A stretch of DNA of 64,000 nucleotides, from assembly GCA_964016885.1 (NCBI GenBank), contig OZ024743.1, forward strand, positions 16,926,001 through 16,990,000, in the 5' to 3' direction. Positions 52,801 to 63,200 of the stretch are shown one piece after another. Within the stretch, counting starts at the first letter, position 1, and every line of letters begins with the position of its first letter. The notes beneath the pieces are model-generated. The model worked only from the letters and a program-made list of their open reading frames with translations. It was not told the DNA's origin and did no database searches. This stretch comes from Eledone cirrhosa. Taxonomy: Eukaryota. The translations under genes were made by a program, and so were the position numbers.

Positions 52801-53270
52801 CCTTGCCAGTTCGGGATAAACTCTACAGGCATGGAGGTGCCGTCAGCCGGGCATGTCCGAGATGCGCGCAGGGCGACGAAACCGTCCTGCACGCACTCGT
52901 CCAGTGTCCGAAAATTGCTGACTTGTGGGTTTATGTCGAACACCTGCTGTCGCGTTTAGGACGGATCCGGCTATCATCTGAGTCCATCGTGAGGATTGCC
53001 CCGCCCTCCTCCTTTAGCCGGGAAGGGCAGGCAGTTTTTATCTGCCTGGTGGCCATGGCGAAAGAGATAGTATGGTGGACACGTTTGAAAGGGCTGAAGA
53101 CGAGCACTTACCTCTTCGGTGATGCTCTGATTGACTTTTTCAAATTTCATTTGAAAAGGAAAATCAGAGTAGAGAGGGAAGTGCTCTCTTCCCAGCATTT
53201 TGTTGAAAGATGGGTGAGAGAAGCAAGAATGGCCCGAGTGAATGGGCCTACTCTGAGCATATATCTGTAA
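49851..53270 (+). CDS. ORF2 of copy 2 (APE-RT-CCHC, 1139 aa, intact)
   Basis: Same motifs as copy 1. Confidence 0.96.
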   Translation: MTSLRIGSINARGLGSSWKQGHLLNDLRSLNIDVVAISETRISEARAFAPIFGGYDVYASPSRPGSGGGVAVLFRRGLDLAIRAIFLDPEGKLVVLDVTSGDGQAFRLVAVYAPTGAGRPDFFRRLETFLGTSRSLVLVGDWNGILDARWDCVGLADRGGGCKSLTNLLRRFELSDRYRLDFPNVPMWTWTNRIGSSRSYLDRVFCREIDRSSIGCPQFKIVSYTDHKFVICVLDLDRLHRRGPGYWKLNASLPARKAYRDRISELVKRALTGAIINNKWWFALKRAIRIESIRFSKALAIEKNRAEGELVRKLDEALSKGIATDVLAAKLALDQFFNAKHEGCVVRARVRALRHEGTKAVQWARVAEARRGNKATIRSLVDHDGRMLLDPGQMCEAFQRHFAQLFGGSGGPGRGMDFSVYLDGLPRLSATEAKCCEKPITAAEVREAMTGCTRGKSPGLDGLPYELYVQMPDLFGGLLADVYCNWQQNGRIPSSVSRGAVALLRKDPNKGDNIDNFRPITLLNTEFKILAKVLAKRLALVVGGLVGEAQTCAIPDRSIHDNLHLMRYIVERVAREPGTGGSLINLDQSKAFDRVDHRYLAAVLRAAGFGPVFRGWIAAMHSDICSVVRVNGHLSEPFNIMRSVRQGCPLSSLLYVLTLEPLLHKLETLRGVPRELGCGRSVSAYADDVTVVVSNAKHIEAIGTTLREYEAVTGAMINQEKSVGLQLGTWRGRSMPSNSVVGRWTDGPVKLLGVWFGPDLQTDKNWDEVTSRVASLTQKWAERKLSLKGRAEVANAYIASVICYRLTVVPCPKPRLTALERLLFRFLWKGRAPMVRRSICCQHPLRGGLGMPWLMMRRHALRLRHLHLFLDGDQVWSPFARRVFPQLVSLTELQSWVKRRPRGSAWRLECLQALTALDQSGNVIGGNSTSAFYRGLVEGKSDDVLGETLGVDENQLANLFGRTFGPGPMDNFQKSLAWQCYRGALPVRDKLYRHGGAVSRACPRCAQGDETVLHALVQCPKIADLWVYVEHLLSRLGRIRLSSESIVRIAPPSSFSREGQAVFICLVAMAKEIVWWTRLKGLKTSTYLFGDALIDFFKFHLKRKIRVEREVLSSQHFVERWVREARMARVNGPTLSIYL

Positions 53271-53530
53271 ATTAAAGGTGGAAAACTGGGCGAGGGCACT
53301 TGCCTTGGTGGTCAGGGTCATTGTGGCTTTTTACTGGGCTTTCTCCACAAATGTCCCTCCGAAGTCTCCCCCCTATTGGGGAATTTTTCATTGTTATTTT
53401 CATTGTTATTTTTGTTACATCCTCTGTTTTTGTTTTTTTACACGCAGAAATGCCCATTTGTACCGTCCTGCATTGTCCTGCACTGTCCTTAATGTCTACT
53501 TTATGTAAACCCTTGTGGTTAATAAAGAAA

Positions 53531-53574
<44 letters not shown>

Positions 53575-53787
53575 GAATGCCATGGTTGACGGAGGCTCGG
53601 CTCTGTAAGGTATAGTAATTTTTAACCGTTAAAACAATTGTAAATTGTTTAAAACTTGAACCAAATTGTTGATAAAGACACCCTCCTCCTCGTGAGAGGG
53701 GTCTTTCTGTCCGTTATTTGGCCCTTCGGGGTTAAATAACCGGTTATTGGGGTTTTGTACCCAAAATTTCATTTTAAACAAAAAAAC

Positions 53788-55880
53788 ATGGCTACCAAAA
53801 AGAAATTTCATACGTCACTCCCACTCATTCCGTCTTCTTCTTCCTCAATCATCACTACAGCAGAGAGAAGATTGTCTCTCTCCCTCCCTTCTTTAAATGT
53901 GTCTCTCTCCCTCCCTTCTCTTTCGCAAGCGACGAAAGAAAAGAAAAGTCTCGTGCAAAGCGTGCAAGGTTTCTCCACGACGACGACGACAGCGACGAAA
54001 CAGGTGTGCGGGAAATACGAAAACCCAGTTCATTCGTCTGACGTCAGGAATAATAGCAGTAGCAGCCGTAATAACAACAGCAACAGTGACAATGAAAACA
54101 ACAGTAGCAGCCGCAACAGCATCACCAGCAGCATAAACAACAACAGCATTAGCAGCAGCAACACCAACAACAACCACAGCAACAGCGGCGGAGGCAGTAG
54201 TCGTAGTACCTGCAGCAACAAAAGTACCAGCAGCTCTGACGACAACAACAACAGCAGAAAAAACCAATCTCATTTGCAGGTATTGCGAAAAACTTGGAAA
54301 CAATCCTCATAACAAATGAGGAATTAGAGGAAGCGAAGAAGATGGTGACAAAGAACGGACACCGAGCAATCTGCAAGGCAGCGAAAAATTTTTTCGAAAC
54401 CCAAGAGCACTGTACGGTCACGTACCGTACAGTAAGTACAAAATCCCGTAGGGTGGAAAGAGCCACAGAGGCCCAAATACAAAAAGCCTTGGGGTCTGTG
54501 TGGCAGAGGAAAACGCACATCACCCGAGGCAAAAAATACGCCACCGTAGACGTACTTTTTGGCACACCCCAGGTGGCAAAGGCCCAATCAGTAGTGACCC
54601 TAAGGAGCGAGGAAATGGTGTTGGTGCCCTCCTACTGCGGGCAAAAAATTGTGAGGGTCAAACTGACCCACGTCCCCCCCGGAATGACCCCTTCTTGGCT
54701 GGCCGCGTCTGTCCTCGTCGGAATCGAGGACAAAACAACTGTACTGCAAGTACAGAAAAAAGTAAGAGAAGATTGGGTCGGCTCCTCCATTGAGATGCTA
54801 ATCCAAACCAACCAGGAGTGCATCGAAGCTATCCCGGATGTGATAGACTTCGATAACGGCACTCAACTGCCCATAAGTGTTGAGGGCAAACGCCCGAAAT
54901 GCTTTCGCTGTGGATCGAAGACTCACCTCAGGGCCTTCTGCAACGAGAAGACCCTGAGAAAGGAGAAAACCCCCCTCCTTCCGAATCCGGCTCCACGGCT
55001 ACCAGCAACAGGACAAGCGGCAACCAGGAACGATAGGTCCGTGGCACCCATACCCACTCCACGGAAATCAAAGACAGCAGCAGCAGTGGAAATATTAACA
55101 ACAACAACAGCAATACCAAATGCAGCTGCAACAGAGACTCCAGTGCAAACATCACCAACAACAACAAGTGAAAGAGTGGAGCTGGTACCCCTCCCCGACC
55201 TTACAGAATCAGACATGGAGTGTGAGGTGGGAGAGAGATGGCAAAAGGTCGCAAGAAGGCACAAACGCAGAAGCAGCGCATCGTCGCCTTTGAAAAGGGA
55301 GGAAAGAAATGAGAAAAGGGTAAAGTCTACTGCAAAGAGACCCACAGCAGCAACAACACCAACACCATCACCACCCACACTAGCGCCACTATCACCACCG
55401 GCGACAACGCCACCGCCAACAACACCTTCAACACCACCACCACAAGCACCAACATCGCAAACACAACAACAAAACACACACACCCAGCAACAACGACAAG
55501 AAAATAGCAGAACCACACCCCACCCCCAGAAAAACAAATGCACGGCAATAAATACACACAACAAGAAACTAATGACTTACATAATTTAACACACAGACAT
55601 TTCACAACAGGACTACATAATACCAGCACCAATCAAAACGCCAACTAACATAAGACTGCTAAAAATAGCACAGAAACAATACACAAATATTAAAACGAAA
55701 TTCCCCAACGCAGTTGGTGATTTCAGGGACCTAGGAGGAACCATCAATCGAAGAGTATACTCAGACATTCTCTTAGAAGAGCCGACGACCAGCCGAAGGG
55801 ACGATTCAACGGTCCCTTCACCAGACGATCAAGTGAAAAGGGATGTAAAAACCATCCCTCCTCTACCAAAAGTACGGTAA
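53788..55880 (+). pseudogene. ORF1 of copy 3, disrupted
   Basis: 1-nt deletion near 54257 and GAA>TAA nonsense codon at 55587-55589. Confidence 0.85.
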
Positions 55881-55915
55881 GTGGTCTTTCCCATCTTTTC
55901 CACTCTATTTTAAAC

Positions 55916-58900
55916 ATGACCTCACTCAGAATAGGCAGCATAAATGCGCGTGGCTTGGGGTCGTCATGGAAGCAGGGTCACCTGCTCAACGACCTCAGGT
56001 CACTAAACATAGATGTAGTGGCCATCAGCGAGACCAGAATCTCCGAAGCACGGGCCTTCGCACCGATCTTCGGCGGCTACGATGTGTACGCATCTCCCAG
56101 CCGTCCTGGATCGGGTGGAGGAGTTGCTGTGCTTTTTCGGAGAGGTTTGGATCTCGCCATACGGGCCATCTTCCTGGACCCAGAGGGTAAGCTGGTGGTG
56201 CTGGACGTGACCAGCGGAGACGGGCAAGCTTTCAGGCTAGTGGCCGTCTATGCCCCGACAGGAGCAGGGCGGCCTGATTTCTTCCGGCGTCTGGAGACCT
56301 TTCTTGGAACGTCCCGCTCTTTAGTGTTAGTGGGCGACTGGAACGGGATCTTAGATGCACGCTGGGACTGTGTGGGATTAGCGGGTAGGGGTGGAGGGTG
56401 CAAGAGCCTCACCAACCTGCTCAGGCGTTTTGAACTGTCTGACAGGTACCGATTGGATTTCCCGAATGTGCCAATGTGGACTTGGACAAACCGCATAGGG
56501 TCATCCAGATCATATCTAGATAGAGTATTTTGTAGGGAAATAGATAGGTCTAGCATAGGCTGTCCACAATTCAAGATAGTCAGCTACACGGACCACAAAT
56601 TCGTGACCTGTGTGCTTGACTTAGATAGGCTTCATAGACGAGGACCCGGCTACTGGAAGCTAAACGCGTCCTTACCAGCGCGCAAGGCCTACAGAGACCG
56701 GATTAGCGAACTAGTTAAGCGGGCGTTGACGGGGGCCATCGTCAACAACAAGTGGTGGTTTGCTCTGAAAAGAGCGATTAGAATAGAATCGATTAGGTTT
56801 AGTAAGGCTTTAGCAATAGAGAAAAATAGAGCAGAGGGAGAACTAGTTAGAAAATTAGACGAGGCGCTTAGCAAAGGCATTGCGACCGACGTGCTTGCGG
56901 CGAAATTGGCCCTTGACCAATTCTTCAATGCAAAGCACGAAGGCTGCGTTGTCAGAGCTAGGGTGCGTGCTCTCAGACACGAGGGGACGAAAGCCGTTCA
57001 ATGGGCCCGAGTGGCGGAGGCGCGTCGTGGCACCAAAGCCACGATCCGGTCTTTGGTGGACCACGACGGGCGCATGCTACTCGATCCCGGGCAAATGTGT
57101 GAAGCTTTTCAGCGACACTTCGCTCAGCTGTTCGGGGGCAGCGGGGGGCCGGGTAGAGGGATGGACTTTAGTGTCTACCTCGACGGACTGCCGCGGCTCT
57201 CGGCCACTGAGGCGAAGTGTTGCGAAAAGCCGATAACAGCCGCTGAAGTACGGGAGGCAATGACTGGCTGCACAAGGGGTAAATCGCCTGGTTTGGATGG
57301 TCTGCCCTATGAACTTTACGTACAGATGCCAGACTTGTTCGGAGGCCTCTTGGCGGACGTCTACTGCAACTGGCAACAGAACGGGAGAATTCCCAGTTCT
57401 GTGAGCAGAGGAGCGGTGGAACTGCTGAGAAAGGATCCGAACAAGGGGGATAACATAGACAATTTCCGGCCCATAACTCTGCTAAACACAGAGTTTAAGA
57501 TTTTGGCCAAGGTGCTAGCAAAGAGGTTGGCGCTTGTCGTTGGTGGTCTGGTGGGAGAGGCGCAGACATGCGCCATTCCCGACAGATCCATCCACGACAA
57601 CCTCCACCTCATGCGATACATCGTAGAGAGGGTAGCTAGGGAACCTGGCACGGGTGGGTCCTTGATCAATTTAGATCAGTCGAAAGCTTTCGATAGGGTC
57701 GATCATCGTTACCTAGCGGCAGTCCTGAGGGCGGCTGGCTTTGGGCCCGTCTTCAGAGGCTGGATCGCTGCCATGCACAGCGACATCTGCTCTGTAGTGA
57801 GAGTGAACGGTCACCTGTCGGAACCGTTCAACATCATGCGCTCGGTCCGCCAAGGATGTCCCCTCTCGTCCCTCTTGTACGTATTGACTCTCGAGCCATT
57901 ACTGCACAAACTGGAGACGTTGAGGGGAGTCCCGCGCGAACTAGGATGCGGAAGATCCGTGTCAGCATATGCGGACGATGTCACCGTAGTGGTGTCGAAC
58001 GCCAAACACATCGAGGCGATCGGCACTACACTAAGAGAATACGAAGCGGTGACAGGAGCAATGATCAACCAGGAAAAGTCAGTGGGCCTGCAGCTCGGCA
58101 CCTGGAGAGGCAGGTCCATGCCGTCCAACAGCGTCGTCGGGCGCTGGACGGACGGACCGGTTAAATTGCTAGGGGTCTGGTTCGGTCCGGACCTCCAGAC
58201 GGACAAAAACTGGGACGAGGTGACGAGCAGGGTGGCTTCTCTCACCCAGAAATGGGCGGAGAGGAAGCTATCCCTGAAAGGTCGAGCGGAGGTGGCTAAC
58301 GCGTACATCGCGTCTGTCATCTGCTACCGCCTAACCGTCGTACCTTGTCCTAAGCCTCGCCTGACTGCGCTGGAGCGTTTGCTCTTTCGCTTTTTGTGGA
58401 AGGGACGTGCTCCGATGGTCAGGCGGTCCATCTGTTGTCAACACCCGCTACGTGGAGGGCTGGGCATGCCGTGGCTGATGATGCGCAGGCACGCGCTCAG
58501 GCTACGACATCTCCACCTCTTCCTCGACGGTGATCAGGTGTGGTCGCCGTTTGCTAGACGCGTTTTTCCCCAGCTCGTTTCCTTGACGGAGCTGCAGTCC
58601 TGGGTCAAGCGAAGACCGAGAGGGAGCGCCTGGAGACTGGAATGTCTTCAGGCGCTCACAGCCCTCGACCAATCGGGCAATGTGATCGGTGGAAACTCCA
58701 CCTCGGCGTTCTATATAGGATTAGTGGAGGGGAAGAGCGACGACGTACTTGGGGAAACTCTAGGCGTCGACGAAAATCAACTAGCCAATCTCTTCGGAAG
58801 AACTTTCGGGCCAGGGCCTATGGACAACTTCCAGAAATCTCTGGCCTGGCAGTGCTACCGAGGAGCCTTGCCAGTTTGGGATAAACTCTACAGGCATGGA

Positions 58901-59335
58901 GGTGCCGTCAGCCGGGCATGTCCGAGATGCGCGCAGGGCGACGAAACCGTCCTGCACGCACTCGTCCAGTGTCCGAAAATTGCTGACTTGTGGGTTTATG
59001 TCGAACACCTGCTGTCGCGTTTAGGACGGATCCAGCTATCATCTGAGTCTATCGTGAGGATTGCCCCGCCCTCCTCCTTTAGCCGGGAAGGGCAGGCAGT
59101 TTTTATCTGTCTGGTGGCCATGGCGAAAGAGATAGTATGGTGGACACGTTTGAAAGGGCTGAAGACGAGCACTTACCTCTTCGGTGATGCTCTGATTGAC
59201 TTTTTCAAATTTCATTTGAAAAGGAAAATCAGAGTAGAGAAGGAAGTGCTCTCTTCCCAGCATTTTGTTGAAAGATGGGTGAGAGAAGCAAGAATGGCCC
59301 GAGTGAATGGGCCGACTCTGAGTATATATCTGTAA
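55916..59335 (+). CDS. ORF2 of copy 3 (APE-RT-CCHC, 1139 aa, intact)
   Basis: Same motifs as copy 1. Confidence 0.96.
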   Translation: MTSLRIGSINARGLGSSWKQGHLLNDLRSLNIDVVAISETRISEARAFAPIFGGYDVYASPSRPGSGGGVAVLFRRGLDLAIRAIFLDPEGKLVVLDVTSGDGQAFRLVAVYAPTGAGRPDFFRRLETFLGTSRSLVLVGDWNGILDARWDCVGLAGRGGGCKSLTNLLRRFELSDRYRLDFPNVPMWTWTNRIGSSRSYLDRVFCREIDRSSIGCPQFKIVSYTDHKFVTCVLDLDRLHRRGPGYWKLNASLPARKAYRDRISELVKRALTGAIVNNKWWFALKRAIRIESIRFSKALAIEKNRAEGELVRKLDEALSKGIATDVLAAKLALDQFFNAKHEGCVVRARVRALRHEGTKAVQWARVAEARRGTKATIRSLVDHDGRMLLDPGQMCEAFQRHFAQLFGGSGGPGRGMDFSVYLDGLPRLSATEAKCCEKPITAAEVREAMTGCTRGKSPGLDGLPYELYVQMPDLFGGLLADVYCNWQQNGRIPSSVSRGAVELLRKDPNKGDNIDNFRPITLLNTEFKILAKVLAKRLALVVGGLVGEAQTCAIPDRSIHDNLHLMRYIVERVAREPGTGGSLINLDQSKAFDRVDHRYLAAVLRAAGFGPVFRGWIAAMHSDICSVVRVNGHLSEPFNIMRSVRQGCPLSSLLYVLTLEPLLHKLETLRGVPRELGCGRSVSAYADDVTVVVSNAKHIEAIGTTLREYEAVTGAMINQEKSVGLQLGTWRGRSMPSNSVVGRWTDGPVKLLGVWFGPDLQTDKNWDEVTSRVASLTQKWAERKLSLKGRAEVANAYIASVICYRLTVVPCPKPRLTALERLLFRFLWKGRAPMVRRSICCQHPLRGGLGMPWLMMRRHALRLRHLHLFLDGDQVWSPFARRVFPQLVSLTELQSWVKRRPRGSAWRLECLQALTALDQSGNVIGGNSTSAFYIGLVEGKSDDVLGETLGVDENQLANLFGRTFGPGPMDNFQKSLAWQCYRGALPVWDKLYRHGGAVSRACPRCAQGDETVLHALVQCPKIADLWVYVEHLLSRLGRIQLSSESIVRIAPPSSFSREGQAVFICLVAMAKEIVWWTRLKGLKTSTYLFGDALIDFFKFHLKRKIRVEKEVLSSQHFVERWVREARMARVNGPTLSIYL

Positions 59336-59594
59336 ACTAAAGGTGGAAAACTGGGAGAGGGCACTTGCCTTGGTGGTCAGGGTCATTGTGGCTTTTACTG
59401 GGCTTTCTCCACAAATGTCCCTCCGAAGTCTCCCCCCTATTGGGGAATTTTTCATTGTTATTTTCATTGTTATTTTTGTTACATCCTCTGTTTTTGTTTT
59501 TTTACACGCAGAAATGCCCATTTGTACCGTCCTGCATTGTCCTGCACTGTCCTTAATGTCTACTTTATGTAAACCCTTGTGGTTAATAAAGAAA

Positions 59595-59650
<56 letters not shown>

Positions 59651-59668
59651 GTTGTTGTTGTTGTTATT

Positions 59669-62600
59669 ACTCTTTGAGTCTCAATCATTGATGTTAGTGA
59701 AATGGAAAGTTTGTTGAAAAGAATATCAAGCCACTACCTGCAGCCTCAGATATTCAGGACGTATCGGAGGGTTCTTGCTGTTCCCAGCAAACATGCCTTT
59801 GGAAGCGTTCCAAAAAGCGTGAAGGGGCCAATTTTCTATAACAATCCCTGGAAACTGTTTGAGATAGTCCCTATTGCGCCTATGACAATCGGGATCTCTT
59901 TGACTTCATGGCAGTACCAAATCCTTTTTACCTCCCACTTTAGGTCCTGGTATCGGTTAATTTTCTCCCTCTCCTTCTCTTCCACTCTCGTGTCGAACGG
60001 GCAGGCCACATCCACAATCAGGCACGATCTTTTTTCTTTGTCCACAACCACCAGGTCAGGTCTATTGTGTTACAGTTTCTTGTCCGTCTGTATCCTAAAA
60101 TCCCACAGTACCTTCACCTGATCGTTTTCTATCACCGCCTCTGGCTTATGCTCATATCACTTCTCAGAATGTTGTAAATTGTTTACTTTGTATAGGTGCC
60201 AGTGGATCACGCTGCCCATCACATCATGTCTCCAGCCTTTAGAGTGAGTCTGGGCTAGGTGTTTACACTCGGATACAATGTGAGCCACAGTCTCCTCTCT
60301 CTCTCCACAGATCATGCATAGTGGGCTAGCCTCCTCCTTGTAAATATGGTGTTTCAACCACTTAGTTTTGAGGGCCTGCTCCTGCGCAGCCATTAACATT
60401 CCTTCTGTAGCCTTTTTAAGGTCTCCTCTTTTCAACCAGTTCCATGTCTGTGGCTCTCTAAATTCAGTTTTCTCAAAGAAGGTACTATGAAGGGATTTTT
60501 CCTGAAGGCTGCTCTTTCTCCTTGGTGTTATTTCCTCTTTGGACATCCCCTGGCCTATTGTCCCCGCCTTCAGTACAGTTCTGTGCATTGGCTCCTTACT
60601 ATCAGTCACGTATTTGTGTAGGTTGTTTTTCTCCATCTGAACACAGTCCTCTATGCTGATAAGACCTCTTCCACCCTCAGATCTCCTTAAGTAGAGTCTA
60701 TCGACATCACTCTTCTTGTGGAACGTGTTGTAGATAGTCAATAGGTTCCTAGTCTTCCTATCCTTTTCTTTCTGTTCAGCAACATTCCATCTCAGAATTC
60801 CGGCACTGTACCTAATAATAGACACAGCTCGGGAATTTACTGCAGTTATGGCATTCCTATTGTTCAGATGTGACTTTAATACGCTCCTTACTCTCCGAAT
60901 GTATTCAGTTCTTATCAATTCCTTCATTTTTTTGTTCTTGATGTCATCAGCCACCAGAACGCCCAAATACTTGTATCCTTCTTCAGAGTCGATTTGCTTT
61001 ATCATCGCATCCGTTGGTACCTGGATTCCGTCACTTCTGCTCAAATAACCCCTCGTCATCACAATGACTCCACACTTTCTAATACCAAATTGCATACATA
61101 TATCATTGGTGAAAATACGGCCAGTGTCAACAAACAATAGCCAACTCCTTCTCACACTTCCCGAAGAGCTTAAGATCGTCCATGAAGAGGAGGTGATTGA
61201 TGGTAAGCCCTCCCTTTCCCAACCTGTATCCTGCTCTCACTTTTCGCAGTACACTGGTCAGGGGCATCAGGGCAAGGACAAACAACATAGGGGACAGACT
61301 ATCTCCTTGGAAGATACATCTCTTGATCTTCACGCTTCCCAAGGATTTTCCAGTTGATGTTAACTCTGTTTCCCAGGACTTCATACTTTTGCCCAACAAC
61401 TGTCTGATGTTATCTGCCACCTTGAAGATCTCAAGGCTTTTGGTGAACCAAGAATGAGACACCATGTCAAATGCCTTTTTGTAGTCTATCCATCCCATGG
61501 CAAGACCAGTGTGTCTCCTCTTGCAATTGCTCATTACCATCTTATCAATAAGTAACTGGTCCTTTGTTCCATGTGACTTCTTTCGGCATCCTTTCTGTTC
61601 GTCCGGTAACAAGTTGTTTGTGTGGAGGTGATGGCAGATTTCCTCAGACATAATTCTTGTCAACAGTTTCCACATTACGGACAGACATGTGATAGTTCTA
61701 TAGTTGGTAACATCATTACCATTGATTCGGTCTTTCATTATCAGAACTGTGGTACCTTTTGTCAACCACTCTGGTACCTCACCTTACATCAAGAAGTCAT
61801 TGAACATGGTTGTCAGTTTCGGGTTGAGTGATTTTATCTTTTTAATCCAATACCCCTGCACACCATCTGGGCCTGGTGATTTCCAGTTGGTTAGTTTTTT
61901 GGCCTGCCTCTTAAGAGGTTCAACTGTGATACTCAAATCAGTTTGTTTGTGTGCCTGTTCACTAATCTCCTTCTGTACTGTCTCAATCCACACTGCCTGG
62001 TCATTATGTTTAACTTCCTGCTCCCATATTCCTCTCCAGAATTTTTTAGTTTGTTCCGCCTCAGGGATAAAGTCGTTGCCTCTTTCTTTCCCTTCAAGCT
62101 GTCCAAACAGCATCTTCTGGTTGCTGTCGAACATGCGGTTCTGTCTATACTGACTGACTCTGTTCTCGTATCGCCTGATGTTTGCACTCTTTGCTACAAT
62201 GCGTTGCTTCAGTTCCTCTATGATAATATTTAGCTTTTTCCTACTAGTTTTGTACTTTATTTCCAGTCTATTTTTAGTGTCTATGTTTTTTAGTGTCCCA
62301 TTCAGTAGGGACTCAAGCTTTCCAATGTCATTTCTCATTTCCCTGATTTGAACACTCAGTCGTTTCTTCCACCAAGGCTCTGCTCTTTCTTGTCTGTTGT
62401 TTCCTCTCGCTTTTATACCAAGTGGTTTCAGCACCGTATTTGCTGTTGCTTTGAGGATAGTGTTGCACTGTTGAAGGCTTCTCGCCTCAAGGTATGGGAT
62501 GACTTTGTTTACATTAACAGTTGTTTCTTTTAACTTTTTCCTGTTTACAAATCTTAGGTTCATAGGTCTCCCACTATCATTGTTCAATTCTTCTACCACT

Positions 62601-63200
62601 AAGTTTAGGATATCAACCAAATCTTGTCCTAGCCTATCAGCATTCATCTCCTCAGTGGCCGTATCACTGTTCCAGTTATTATTTATCTCAGCATTCAGAT
62701 CATTGTCTGCTTCGGGTGGTTCCTCCGTTCTCTCGACCTCTTCACCTTCATTTCCCACTGGCTCGTTTGCCTGGCATACTCCACTCTCCATATCCAAGCT
62801 AATCTCTCTGCTCAGTTCCTCCAGTTCCAGCTCGCTTATCCACCCATTAGTTCTTATTACCCGAGCCTGCCCGGCCAATTTTTGTTCATCTAATTTAAAT
62901 AGACCAATCTCGTTCCAGATGTTATGCATCCTTTTCCTATAGCCTTTCTCCTTGGGATTACTCTTCAGGTAACATTGCATAACAGTTATATTCAATTCTT
63001 TCGTCCAGTTGGTTCTGGTCCCTTTCCTTCTTCTTCTTCCTCCGACACCAGCAGTATTTGGTTGACAGCCAGGTCCCTGCTGCTGAGCCAAGGAGCACCT
63101 GTTGGGTGAGAGTCTGTCACATGGCATTCCAGTCTCCATTTCAACGTTATTCGAACTGTTTAGGTTCGACATTTAAACACTCTTATCGAGGATTGGCGAA
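59669..63200 (-). mobile_element. R4/Dong-clade non-LTR retrotransposon (RT plus restriction-like endonuclease), decayed; 5' boundary uncertain
   Basis: WKSPGPDG, YRTITCL, WIDYKKAFD, IFQGDSLSP, HLLFMDDLK, YKYLG, CMIC..ETVAHIVSEC, RHD, RPDLVVVD..DVACPFD..EK; 3' end runs into (CAA)n(TAA)n. Confidence 0.92.
59746..63172 (-). pseudogene. R4/Dong single ORF with several stops and a frameshift
   Basis: Pieces 63172-61784, 61765-61127, 61155-60157 and 60051-59836, continuing to LLGTARTLRYVLNI*. Confidence 0.88.

Larger units (their letters stand above)
47503..53532 (+). mobile_element. Full-length L1/Tx1-type element, copy 2
   Basis: Same termini and near-identical sequence to copy 1. Confidence 0.95.
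53575..59596 (+). mobile_element. Full-length L1/Tx1-type element, copy 3
   Basis: Same termini and near-identical sequence. Confidence 0.95.

Noticed and set aside
41766-59521. Numerous antisense and nested ORFs inside the LINE copies
   Set aside because: Expected shadows of GC-rich or low-complexity coding sequence; they recur only because the copies are near-identical.
41448-59596. Triplication as a pure assembly artefact
   Set aside because: The copies differ by many substitutions and have different ATT spacer lengths; long-read confirmation is still advisable.
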